NCBI RefSeq assembly: GCF_001194135.2
Contig: NC_068997.1
Coordinates: forward strand, 28,402,813-28,466,812
Length of the DNA: 64,000 bases
DNA from: Octopus bimaculoides
Taxonomy: Eukaryota
Direction of reading: 5' to 3'
The notes under the pieces are model-generated. The model searched no databases, was not told where the DNA came from, and saw only the letters and a list, made by a program, of their open reading frames with translations. Below are positions 38,201 through 51,800 of this stretch, piece after piece (position 1 is the stretch's first letter; the number at the start of each line of letters is the position of its first letter). The translations under genes and the position numbers were made by a program.

Positions 38201-41200
38201 TCCACTGCATGGTACCTTGGATTAATGTCTCCTTCTATAGTCCCGTGCAGACCAAAGCCTTGTGAGTGAATTTGGTAGATGGAAACTGGAAGAAGCCAAT
38301 TGTATAAATGCATGTGTGAGTTTGTGTCTCCTTGCCTTGACCTCCTGTGAGAGATGTAAATGAGTTTCACTGTCATAGAAGCAGTGTCATTCATTTCTAA
38401 CTGTCTGCAAAAAAAAAAAAAATGTCTGGCCATGGGGGAGTATTGCTTTGCTGTGAAAAGGTGAGGATTGGTGACAATATTTATCTTTGTTAATTTATTT
38501 TATAGACATTATCTGATGAAGAACTGTCTTTGGTTGTTAATAATCGGAAACTGTGGAGTGCTCACCTTCATCCTGTTACACCACACGTACACGAAGTAAT
38601 CCAGTCTTTGTCAGGTAATATTACTAAACATTTTATTTTCTTGTAATACTCTTAAAAACTTGCAGTTGGNNNNNNNNNNNNNNNNNNNNNNNNNNNNNNN
38701 NNNNNNNNNNNNNNNNNNNNNNNNNNNNNNNNNNNNNNNNNNNNNNNNNNNNNNNNNNNNNNNNNNNNNNNNNNNNNNNNNNNNNNNNNNNNNNNNNNNN
38801 NNNNNNNNNNNNNNNNNNNNNNNNNNNNNNNNNNNNNNNNNNNNNNNNNNNNNNNNNNNNNNNNNNNNNNNNNNNNNNNNNNNNNAATAATTTTCCTGAA
38901 GGTTTTTGGTTTTGAGTGTTGGGCCTCATAGAGGCAATGACCGAGACCTTTGGCTTTATGTCATGCTTAAGAAGACCCGTCATGCTGAGCAAAATCGCAG
39001 TTGTGACAGATACCAGTGTCACGTAAATGGCACCCATTACACTCTTGGAGTGGTTGGCATTGGGAAGGGCATCCAACCGTAGAAAACCATGCTAAATCAA
39101 ACTGGAGTCTGATGTAGCCTCCCAGCTTACCAGCCCTGGTCAAATCATCCAACCCATGCCAGCATGGACAATGGACGTTAAATGGTGATGATGACGTCCA
39201 AGACATTGCAGTTCTGTTTGTAGTTCAAGGTTCTGATTCTCTGTTGTGTTTGAAACAATCAAGTCCTATTAGTCAGGCTTAAGTAATCCTACTTGGGTAG
39301 TCTTGACTCTTGACTCTGTCCTCCAAACACTAAGGCCAACTAGTCGAGTATTATTGACTCTTTGACTCTTCATTCATATCTAATAAAATAAACAAATGAA
39401 AAATAATCATCTTTCTGTTTTAAAGTTAATAATGAAAAAGTAAAAAAAAACAAAATCCCATTTAAAATGTCTCCCTTTTCTTCTTCAGTCTCCAGCTGTA
39501 TTCCACTTCAGCAAGCCTTACGTCGGGTCTGCTGGCAAATTGCAGATTTAGCTGCTCCATCTGCTTGTATAATAACTAAGTGAGTAAACTCTTTATATTA
39601 GTTAAGTGTTAGTATAACATTATTTTACAGTTAGTGTCGTTACTATTTATTAACATGTACAGTATTGAATTATTTTCTGAGTTGTAAAAGTATTTTTTGT
39701 TTTGCTCACTTTCCTCTTCTTTTAACGTTTTTGTGTCGCTGTTGTTGAGTTTGTTTACAAATTGAAGCATTTAGATGACATCCGTCACTTCTTGGAGTGA
39801 ATCTTTTCTGCTGAATGTTCTTGTAAACCCCTTTCCATTATAAGAATAAAGGTCAGTACTTGCAGTGTGACTATGGAGACTGAAGCAGGCCTTGTAGTGT
39901 TTTAACTGCTTATAATATGACACTCATTGACAACCTGTGACCCATGGGACTTTCTGACTGGTGTGTCTAATGAAAAAGTACCTTGTGTGGCCCACCTGAT
40001 GATGAATCGGAGTCTCTTGGCAGAGTCTGCTTCTCAAACAAGGTTGCCTGTGTCTGATATAAGACTTGAATCCAACATCTACTCATCAAGCTGTGTCATC
40101 ACCTAAGAACATCGTAGGAGAATTGGTTTATTTTCAGCAGGCAGAAAAATATATTTTATAAGGCAGAGGAGGTGGAAATATGAAGTTGTGGTGATCATGA
40201 CTTTCCCCCCAAAACATTAGTGGCATAAGTTAAGTGAAATGAGGACCATGCCATCTTAGGAATCCTAACATCTAAGACAATATGCTCCATATTGACTGTA
40301 GAATGGCCATGGATAGAAATCTCACAAAATGTTTCATTCAATCAGCTACTTTTGTATATTTTAGCTCTGCTGAAACAAGAACTTACTAGGCTGGTCCAAC
40401 AACTGAACCAAACCACTTAGAGTTCATAGAATATGTATTTATCTTCAAATATCCATCTTAACTGAACATCTTGTATTTATGTCATAAAAATGGAGGGTCA
40501 TGGTGATAGCATCCTCAGGTACCTCCTCCGTAGCGTCTTGTTGGAAGCAACTGTTATTACACTTTCTGGCAGAATTCCCAAGCACACCCTACTGAGACCA
40601 TTGGATATTATCCAACCATCTCATTCCTAGTCTACCCCTAGATTCCTTACTAGTTGTTGGGGGTAGAATCCTCAGGCACCTCTTCCATAAGATCCTCTCA
40701 GAAGCAACTGTCATTAGACTTTCTGTCTGGTTTTCTAAATGTGACCGCCTAAGACCATAGATATTATTAAAATCACTTGCCAGTTCCCCCCCCCCCCNNN
40801 NNNNNNNNNNNNNNNNNNNNNNNNNNNNNNNNNNNNNNNNNNNNNNNNNCCCCCCCCCGGACTGCCTCCTGTGCCGGTAGCACGTAAAAAGCAGCACCCA
40901 AACGTGGCTGATGCTAGTACTGCCTGACTGGCCCTCATGCCAGTGGAATGTAAAAAGCACCCACTATACTCTCGGAGTGGTTGGTGTTAGGAAGGGCATC
41001 CAGCTGTAGAAACTTTGCCAGATCAGATTGGAGCCTGGTGCGTCCTCCTGGCTTGCCGGTCCCCAGTCAAACCGTCCAACCCATGCTAGAATGGAAAGCG
41101 GATGTTAAACGACTATGATGATCTCATTGTTGGTCTACCTTCAGCTCTCCTGCCAGATGACTTGGCTTGGAGAATCCTTCTTGCAATTCTTTTATAAGTT

Positions 41201-42556
41201 CCATTATATAAATTTTACTTTACTTTATCTTGAATTGTTTTTAGAGCAGTGTTTTTTTGTTTTTGCTTTGTTTACCCAGCATGATGGCCTTCGTAAATTG
41301 TTTATTTTTCTAGATGTGTCTACGAGATGTTGATTGATAATTTGACAGCGTCTGGCAACAAGGAAAAAGGGGATGAGAAAAAAGATGGCGAGAAAGAAAC
41401 ACCAGAAGAAGAGGAAGACAAAAACAATTGTTTGCAAGTCATCAAGATTTTGAGTCTGTTGGCTTACTTGCTATCTCATCCTTCTGTCAAAGCTGCCATC
41501 CTTTGCCAGCTTCGGTCAAGGTAACTTTGAGTAGAAATACTTTTGGTCACTCTGTGTTCCTCTGCTTTATTATGTCTTTCATAAATGGTTTTCAGTTATC
41601 GGTTAAGAAGGGCATCCAGCTGTGGCGACCATGCCAAAACAGACAATAGACTGTAGCGTAGGCCCTCGTCTTGCCAGGTCTTGTCAAATCATCCTTCCCA
41701 CACCAACATGGAGAGTGGATGTTAAATGGTGATGATGGTGATGATGAATGTTAATTTATTCTGCTACCGTGCAAGATTTTACTCAATCATCTCCATTGTA
41801 GTATATTTATTTCATCCATCTCTATTTGCTGAACTCTTAAGTTACATAACATGAAAGAACACAGACATAAACACCAGTTTTAGACCATAAACCTAATTTG
41901 TTTAATATCTATTTGCTTCCATTTCATTTGATTCCCAATTATCATTAAGGACTTTATTTTGTTTGATGTTAAAATACTTTGTATGTCATCTTCTACGTAC
42001 GTAGCCCTGAACAGGATTTGAAATTGAAACTTATTGTAATAAAAACTCTTATTGAGTTGACCACCGTTGACTAACTTTCTGTATTGTTTGCTGGAGGCAA
42101 TCTGCTGTTAATGGTCAACATGTTCATTTCTGGCCATAACATCATTGTCATTAACATAGCTTTATTCCCATAATTGTGGTCAATGATAGGGAAAAAAAGG
42201 CAATAATAAACCCTAACCCACCAGACCTGAGTCAACAATGAAGTCCCTATGTGGTTACATGACCAGCTAGAAACAGCAGCCAAATATCCATCATGTCAAA
42301 TCTTGCTGATCTTAAACATTTGAAGGACTCTTTAGATAATGTATTCCTTGATGCACTGAGATGTCTCCCACCCCCAACCAAAAGAAAAAAAAGTGGTAAA
42401 AACAATTAGTTTAATGCTCGTAAAGCAAACTAAACAGAAAAGGCTAATTTAATTTTTAATTAAGAAAAAAAAGATGAATTTGTTCAGTTGTGTTGTGAGT
42501 ATAACATTTGAAAGAAAAGCTGTTACTTGGTTCTACAGACGCATGTGCGTGTGTGC

Positions 42557-42595
<39 letters not shown>

Positions 42596-44644
42596 GAGAG
42601 AGACACACAGACAGACAGAAAGGGACACACAGACAGACAGAAAGGGACACACAGACAGACAGAGAGTGACACAGACAGACAGAGAGGGGACACAGACAGA
42701 CAGACANNNNNNNNNNNNNNNNNNNNNNNNNNNNNNNNNNNNNNNNNNNNNNNNNNNNNNNNNNNNNNNNNNNNNNNNNNNNNNNNNNNNNNNNNNNNNN
42801 NNNNNNNNNNNNNNNNNNNNNNNNNNNNNNNNNNNNNNNNNNNNNNNNNNNNNNNNNNNNNNNNNNNNNNNNNNNNNNNNNNNNNNNNNNNNNNNNNNNN
42901 NNNNNNNNNNNNNNNNNNNNNNNNNNNNNNNNNNNNNNNNNNNNNNNNNNNNNNNNNNNNNNNNNNNNNNNNNNNNNNNNNNNNNNNNNNNNNNNNNNNN
43001 NNNNNNNNNNNNNNNNNNNNNNNNNNNNNNNNNNNNNNNNNNNNNNNNNNNNNNNNNNNNNNNNNNNNNNNNNNNNNNNNNNNNNNNNNNNNNNNNNNNN
43101 NNNNNNNNNNNNNNNNNNNNNNNNNNNNNNNNNNNNNNNNNNNNNNNNNNNNNNNNNNNNNNNNNNNNNNNNNNNNNNNNNNNNNNNNNNNNNNNNNNNN
43201 NNNNNNNNNNNNNNNNNNNNNNNNNNNNNNNNNNNNNNNNNNNNNNNNNNNNNNNNNNNNNNNNNNNNNNNNNNNNNNNNNNNNNNNNNNNNNNNNNNNN
43301 NNNNNNNNNNNNNNNNNNNNNNNNNNNNNNNNNNNNNNNNNNNNNNNNNNNNNNNNNNNNNNNNNNNNNNNNNNNNNNNNNNNNNNNNNNNNNNNNNNNN
43401 NNNNNNNNNNNNACACAGATAGACAGAGAGGGACACACAGATAGACAGAGAGGGACACACAGATAGACAGAGAGGGACACACAGATAGACAGAGAGGGAC
43501 ACACAGATAGACAGAGAGGGACACACAGATAGACAGAGAGGGACACAGAGAGAGAGAGAGAGAGAGAAATTGTTGAGCTGCAAAAAATAAACTCCTTGAA
43601 ATATATTTACAGTTCAAAGTTGGAAGACAAAAATCAGGATCTGCTCACCCTGCTTATACAACTTCTGAATTCTTCAACCACAGAGAAATCATCTCTACGG
43701 GTTCAGGAACAAGAACAAATATTGGTAAACTAGACATTTTTCACAATTTCATTTGCCTCTGTTTAATCCATTTAATTTATTCATTTCATAAATCTGTGTT
43801 GCCATCTTTGCCACTTTTCCTCTCCTCCTACTCTTCCTCATCACCATCTCTGTCATCATCTCCAATTGTGTCATCCTTCATACTGCTGTCCATGTCATTG
43901 TTTCTTAGCAATTAAGCTGTCAGCTTTTACCTTTCTCACTGCTTTTGTTAATATAGTAAAATGTATTGGTGCCATGTGAAAAGCACCCAGTACACTCTGT
44001 AAAGTGTGGAACAGCATCCAGCCACGGATACCATGCCAAAACAGATGACTGGAGCTCTCTGGCTTGCCAGCAGTTGTCAAACTGTGCAATCCGTATCAAC
44101 ATGGAAAACAGATGTTAAATGATGATGATGCTGTGTTGTGTTAAAATGGTATGTTTAGGTTAAGTCTGTTATGAGCCAAAGGACTCACAAGGCTGGAGCA
44201 TAACCTGGTTTACAAAGCATACAAATAAATAAGATTACAACATTACCCACCCCGGATGAGATGCCAGTCCTTTGCAGGGTTAACTTCACAGCTATAGTTA
44301 TGGCCAAGTAGGCTGGAACTGTGTAAAATGAAGTATTTTACTCAACAACCCACTGCCCAATCTGGGAATTGAAACCATGATCTTGGAATTACAGGTGCAA
44401 CACACTGACCACCTGGTCATCTGCCCTCACTATGTTTTTGTCATGTAATTCTATAAGTGTTGTCTTGATCGATATTGTCTTAATTCCTGTGCTTTCTTCC
44501 CCTTTTCATATTTTCCAGACCATTCTTCAAAACTTGTGTGACCCAGAAATAACTCTTGTTTCTCCAGATTCATCTCTGTCTTTCCAAGAACAGGTATGGA
44601 AACGAATTCTAATTACTAATTTGTGTTTTGCTTTGACATCTAGC

Positions 44645-44699
<55 letters not shown>

Positions 44700-45949
44700 T
44701 TGTTGGTGTAGTATGGCCCCAGATCAGCTCCAAGTGGACAAACGTATTTCAGCCATAACTGTTCGTCTTTATTGGGTATTCAGAACTACTTGCCAATGTT
44801 TACTTCTTTTTTAAGATGAATGGGTGTAATTTGAGGGAGATTTGGTTGCTATTTCCAGCAGATCGAATGACCAATTAGCAGCTCCCATGCTGGCTTGAGT
44901 GGGGTTGTAGAAATTTTGGGAGCGAGACTATTTGACTGACACTTATGGAACACAGAAAACTTCTAGCCATCACCACCTGAAAATCTTATCAAATGAAAAA
45001 AAATAGCTTTTTTAGATTATTATTATTATTATGCCAGTGCCGCCTGACTGGCTCCTGTGTCTGTGGCACGTAAACAGCAACATTCGAGCATGGTCGATGC
45101 CAGTGCTGCCTGACTGGCTTCCATGCTGGTGGCATGTAAAAAACACCCACTATACTCTCTGAGTGGTTGGCGTTAGAAAGGGCATCCAGCTGTAGAAACC
45201 TTGGCAGATCAGATTGGAGCCTGGTGCAACCTACTGGCTTGCCAGTCCTCAGTCAAACCGTCCAATCCATGCCAGCATGGAAAGCAAGCGTTCAACGATG
45301 ATTATTATTATTATTATTATTATTATTGTTATTATTCATNNNNNNNNNNNNNNNNNNNNNNNNNNNNNNNNNNNNNNNNNNNNNNNNNNNNNNNNNNNNN
45401 NNNNNNNNNNNNNNNNNNNNNNNNNNNNNNNNNNNNNNNNNNNNNNNNNNNNNNNNNNNNNNNNNNNNNNNNNNNNNNNNNNNNNNNNNNNNNNNNNNNN
45501 NNNNNNNNNNNNNNNNNNNNNNNNNNNNNNNNNNNNNNNNNNNNNNNNNNNNNNNNNNNNNNNNNNNNNNNNNNNNNNNNNNNNNNNNNNNNNNNNNNNN
45601 NNNNNNNNNNNNNNNNNNNNNNNNNNNNNNNNNNNNNNNNNNNNNNNNNNNNNNNNNNNNNNNNNNNNNNNNNNNNNNNNNNNNNNNNNNNNNNNNNNNN
45701 NNNNNNNNNNNNNNNNNNNNNNNNNNNNNNNNNNNNNNNNNNNNNNNNNNNNNNNNNNNNNNNNNNNNNNNNNNNNNNNNNNNNNNNNNNNNNNNNNNNN
45801 NNNNNNNNNNNNNNNNNNNNNNNNNNNNNNNNNNNNNNNNNNNNNNNNNNGTTTCTATCATGTAAAAAGGTATCTTTTTATTATATTCAACCATATATTT
45901 GTAAGATGTGAAACGTTTTTTTTTTTTATGCAGTGGCATTTGAGGATTT

Positions 45950-45987
<38 letters not shown>

Positions 45988-48786
45988 TGTGTAATATTTG
46001 TAAATGGACAGTTAAATTTATAACATACCATATTTTTAACGTGTATAAGGAACTCTTTTAAGTCAAAAATTAGGTTAAGAAAATATGTGAGTTTCTTATA
46101 CATTGGTAGTATTATAATCCCTTACAAAACCTTTTTTTGTTTTCAAAATTTTAAGCTCCAAAAATTAGGGGATTCCTTATGCACATTAAAATACGGTACA
46201 TTTCTACTCAGCATTCAGCTAATTAATTGCTTTGTTAGTGTTTTAAGGAAATGTCAAGGTGTCTTAGGAGCTAATTACCTTTGATGCTCTTGTCATGGAG
46301 AGAGAGAGATGCTGTTGCTTAGATCAGTAGATACCTGCATATTGAACATAGTTTTACCTGTGAGTTTCTTTTCTTTTGTAGCTGTTTGGAGAAACAAGAG
46401 CAAGTATTCTACAAGCTCCTCACCCATTTACACAGCACATACAATAAAGACAGTGCTGACTTCCTCCAGCTCCTGTCTGCAGCTATTGAATTCTTGCGTC
46501 TTCTCTTAGCTGAAAACTCTGAAGAAGAGGGTGAATTTGTTCGTACCTACACACTCACCGTTCCTGAGTTGCGTAAGTTCATCAACTGGACAATACGAGA
46601 TGAATGCCATCCACTCTATGAACTGGAGAAACTTTTGGAGGTTGGTGCTGTTTATTCTGTCTTTCATATTCTTTGTCTGTTAATCAATCTACACGAGGAA
46701 ATGCTATGAAGGAGTCTCTCTCTCTCTCTCTTTTTATACTTTTCCAGTTGAATGTCATCCCTAATGTCAAGTCTTTATTGTATGTGACATTGGAACTAGT
46801 GAAATCACAAAGCAGCTCACAAAACAAGACCCCCCCCCCACACTTCATCTAAATGTGATGTGGTATTGAGGGAAGTGGTTTAATGCCAGGTGGTGAGAGA
46901 TTAAGGAACAGTCTTTCAAAAAAGGAAAAGGAAACGGACACTATGAAGTATATTTGCCACCTAAATATGGCTAACCTTTAAGGGTTAATGCTGCTGTAGC
47001 TTGTAGCTCCAGGAAGGCATCTCCTCCAGCTGGCTATTGACACACTTTCTGTGCCCTATCAGTATTTGCAAAGGGAAGTCATCTTTCTTATCTCCAGCCT
47101 GATGTAATACACATGGACCCAAGTTTCTGGGTATTGACCCGTCATCAGAAACTCGGGTCCATGTGCATCACGTCAGGCTGGAGGTGGGAAAGATGACTTC
47201 CCTTTGCAAATACTGATAGGGCACAGAAAGTGTGTCAATAGTCAGATGGAGGAGATGTCATCCTGGGGCTACAAGCTACAGTAACATCAACCCTTAAGGG
47301 TTAGCCACATTTAAGTGGCAAATATATTTCATGATGTCGTGCAGCTACTCTTTATAACTCACTCAGAAAAGGACACTAGTCCATGCTTGTGCTTTGAGTA
47401 GGAAATTTCCTGTTGTAGAGACTTTGTTTATAACAAAAGACAAAGACCATTGATATAAATATGTCTCTATCGTTTCAGGAGTGTGCAAAAGAAGAAGAAA
47501 CTTTGGATACGTTAGTGGAGAGTTTTTCTGCTTTGATACAGTTAATAGAAGACAACAAGGCAGAGGCTTCCGAAACAAAAGGTATTGTAATCATCATCGT
47601 TTAACTTCCGTTTTCCATGCTGGCATGGGTTGGACGGTTTGATTGGAGACTGGCAAGCCAGGAAGCTGCACCAGGCTCCAATCTTATCTGGCAATGTTTC
47701 TACAGCTGAATGCCCTCCTAACGCCAACCACTCCGATAGTGTAGTGGGTGCTTTTTACATACCACCGGCACTGGCACCAGCTACATTTTGAATATTTTAA
47801 ACTCTTGATTTTTTTGTTTTTTTGAAGCATTTAGTCCAAGAATGATGTGGTGCAATGCATGCAGCCTTTCAAGGCTGTCATAGACTGGATTAGGACAGCA
47901 AGAAAATATTAATGTAGTTAGTATTTGATGTTAATTACTGAAGGTCAGTATTTAAGTAGGATGTGGAATTTTAAAGGGGTGCCGTTTTGGCAGGGAAAAT
48001 ATTGAATGGAATCTAAATTCTCTTAGATCTCTTGAGTCAGGACTGATTTAGGTTCAACCACAACTAAATTTTAACACTAGTTTCTAGCAATAATTCCTGA
48101 AATTTCTGGTATTTTAATAAATCTTCTTTAATGAGAAATAAAAAGAAAAATAGTTAAGTCTTAAAGAGCTGAAAGGAATTGTTTAAAATTATTTTGAAAG
48201 TATTTAAACCAATAAAACATTGGCTTATGATTGACTCCATCTTATAATATTGTAACTTTCATTTCATGTCTATTCTCAGAATTTGTGGAGCCTGTGATGC
48301 CAGAGGGTGAAACTCTGAATTCCTTATTTAACCATAGAGCACTATTTGTTCTTACTGATTCCGACGACGAACGTCTCAACACTGCTTACTGGATGTCCCC
48401 CGCAAATTCCGATGATATAGATATAGAGTTGGATTTGGTACGTCTTAACCTTCAAGAGTTGGTGGCCAAATACTGCCCTGAATTTAACTTGGAAGAAGAA
48501 TTAAAGAAAGCAACTGACACAACGCCATATGAAGGACCACCAAAACCCAAACGAGACAGGTTGGTTGGTCGGCTTGTTTCTTTAGTTTATTGTTTGCAAA
48601 TTCTTTTATTCTTTTACTTGTTTCAGTCATTTGACTGTGGCCATGCTGGAGCACTGCCTTTAGTCAAGCAAATCAACCCTAGGACTTATTCTTTGTAAGT
48701 CTAGTTCTCATTCTATCAGTCACTTTTGCCGAACCGCTAAGTTACGTGGATGTAAACATACCAGCATTAGTTAAGCGATGTTGGGG

Positions 48787-48818
<32 letters not shown>

Positions 48819-51800
48819 GACAGGCTTCTTTCAGTTTCCATCTACCAAATCCACTCACAAGGCTTTGGTTGGCCCGAGGCTATCGTAGAAGACACTTGCC
48901 CAAGGTGCCAGACAGTGGGACTGAACCCGGAACCATGTGGTTAGTAAGCAAGCTACTTTCCATACGGCCACTCCTATGCCTATTGATGAAATAGTTTGTT
49001 CTCAGAGACAAATTCAGTGAACCAACAAACGCTTCACTACATCTTTGGGGAAAAGAAATAAAGTCTTGGAGTGAAGGAGTCACAGACTGTCTCTCAAAGA
49101 CTTGGAAAACACAGTAATTGTGAAATGGTAACAAAGAACCTGTCTAGTACAGAATGCTCTGAGACATGTCTAATATACCTGTTGTTTGTAATACCCTCAG
49201 GTGTTCTCTCAGTTATTTTCATGCCATTTAAATGCTTGCATTTATAATTTTGTTATGACCAAGAAAATCATAGAACAATTGGAAGATAAAACTAATTGAA
49301 AGAAGTCAATTAATTATTCTCTATTAATTGTATTGTTCCTTTCTTCTTTTTTCATTAGACTGGGTCGTCGTAAGTCCTCAGAAGGGGTTCATTTTCCTCG
49401 AGGTAAAGGAACTAAACAGAAATTTGGTAAGTTGATGCTATTTTCTTCTGTGCCTTAAGTTAATGATATTATTGACAGGTAATTGAAGCTTTTCATTATC
49501 GACCAATAGATGCCATTCTTGCATGGTGGTATGTGTCTGACAAATCTGTTTTTCTTTTCCATGGCTTTTAGACATCCGTTTCAATTATCTTGCATTATGT
49601 TTCCTTTGACATAGAAGTCCTCTCAGCCCTCATCTAAATGCTTATTTCCAGTTGACACTATTTTTTCCATTTGTTAAATGATGATGATGATGATGTATCC
49701 ATCTCCATATCAAGATAGTGCATTATGCATATGTCTTTTATAAACACCACACCCTTACTGGCACCATGTAAAAAGCACCGATGCTGGTACCACAGAAAAG
49801 ACCTCCACTACTCTCTGGTATCTGGAAGGGCATCCAACTGCAGAAACCATGTCAAAACAGATGACCAGAGCCTGGTGCAGCGCTCCTGCTTGCCAGCTCT
49901 TGTCGCACCGATAGATATAGAGTTGGATTTGGTACTTGTATATTAATTATAATTGTCTTTATGAATAAAATGCAACTACTTACTGCTTCAGACATATTCT
50001 AACCAAATACAGCTTGAATATATATATATGTATGCATTTGTATTTCTGTAGGGGCATCCATCAGAGGTCGAGGTGCTTCGAGGGGTATGGCTTCAAATCG
50101 TTCAGACCCTTTCCGCTCTCGGCCCCCAAATACAAGTCGACCACCTTCCATGCATGTTGATGACTTTAACAAATTACAGAAGACAAACCAACAATTGATG
50201 GGGCCAGCAGGACTGAATAGAAGACCAGATAAAGTTAGTTTTTATTCATGTTGGATTATTTATCTTCAAATACTGTAAACCCTGTCCACTTATTTTCTAG
50301 GTTCTTAGTCACATTAGACTTCAAATTATTGTTAGTCTGTAAACACGTATGTATTTGTGTGTATGTGTGTAAATATACAGGGTGCAGTGAATAAATTGTC
50401 TAAATTACACAAAAATGAAAATAACACTGACATCTCATTTTAACAGATATGTTTACCAAAATTACATAAAAAATATCTTGAAATATTAACGAGTAAATTT
50501 ATTCAACAAAATCGCCATTGGCTTCAAATCACAGCCTTCAGACGACTTCAGAATCTCCTGCAACTTTTCTGGACGATCTCCTTGTTTAAGTTGGTGAATG
50601 CTGTCATAATCCTTGCTCTCAGTTCTTCTTTACTATTACAAGGAGTTTCGTTGGTCTCTCACTCAACTGCAGTCTGGGGAGTTAGGTGGGGAATTCTGTA
50701 AATGTGTGAATTTTAAACATACACATACACACACACACAGAGAAAATCTGCCTTTTATAGATAAGTGATCTCATTGGCCAAATTCCCTTTCAGAGAACTT
50801 GCCTTGTTTGCATCCTCCAAACTATTTCTACTTCATTAAGGTGATAGGCTTTCTTTTTGCAGGAAATTGGCCGAGGCCGAGGCCGGGGTTTTGATCGTAA
50901 TCAAGGCTTCAGTCGAGGCAGATTCTTTACTCCTCCAGGCAACTACCGAAGAAACCCTGGACAATTTGGTGAGTACCCCCCCTTTTTTTTTCTCTTCTCT
51001 TCATTGGATTGGTGGTCAATATACAACACACATACACAAAATCTTATCCTGCTGCCAACATATTTTAATCATTTACCTGTTCACTGGAGTAAAACATCTC
51101 TTACATCAGAAAAGTAATCTATGTTCGGTTGGTAATTCTAAACGGGATCCATACCACTCTGTGCTACATGACGATAATGAAGGTTTTATTTCATTTCTAA
51201 ACTTTAATTTATTTAAATTTTAAGCAATTAACACCTGCAGATTGTTATTAGGTTACATGAAATCACTCAGCCTGTGTTTCACAGCTGGTTATGTTAATTT
51301 TATTTAGTCAATGTCATATGTTCACAGCTGGGTGTGTCTAGTGATCACCAGGTACAGTGACCACCTGGTACAGGTGATGGCCTGAAAGAAATGAAAGATA
51401 GTATGCTTTGCTGGGATGTGCAATGCCAGTGAGCATGTATGACAGTGTACGCATCTTGAGAGAAAAGTTGGGCATAAGAGGCATCAGATGTGGTATGAAA
51501 GAGAGACAACTGTGTTAGTATGGTCATGTGATGCATATGGATAAGGACAGCTGTGTAAAGAAGGGCCAGTCTCTAATTGTGGAGGGAATCTGTGGAAGGA
51601 GTAGACTCTGAAAGAAATGGGATGGGGTGGTAGGTGGTGAAGCATGATCTTTGAATGCTGAGCCTCGTGGAGGTAATGACTAGTGACTGAGACCATTAGC
51701 GATATGCTGTGTTTGAGAATACCTGTCAGGCAAAGTGAAATTGTAGTCATGGCTGATGCTGGTGTTATATAGCTGGCACGTAAAAAGCACCCTTCAAACA

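Noticed and set aside
39995-40060. Possible C/D box snoRNA (ATGATGA...CTGA)
   Set aside because: No terminal stem or recognisable rRNA antisense element, and TGATGA is ubiquitous in this (GAT)n-rich sequence.
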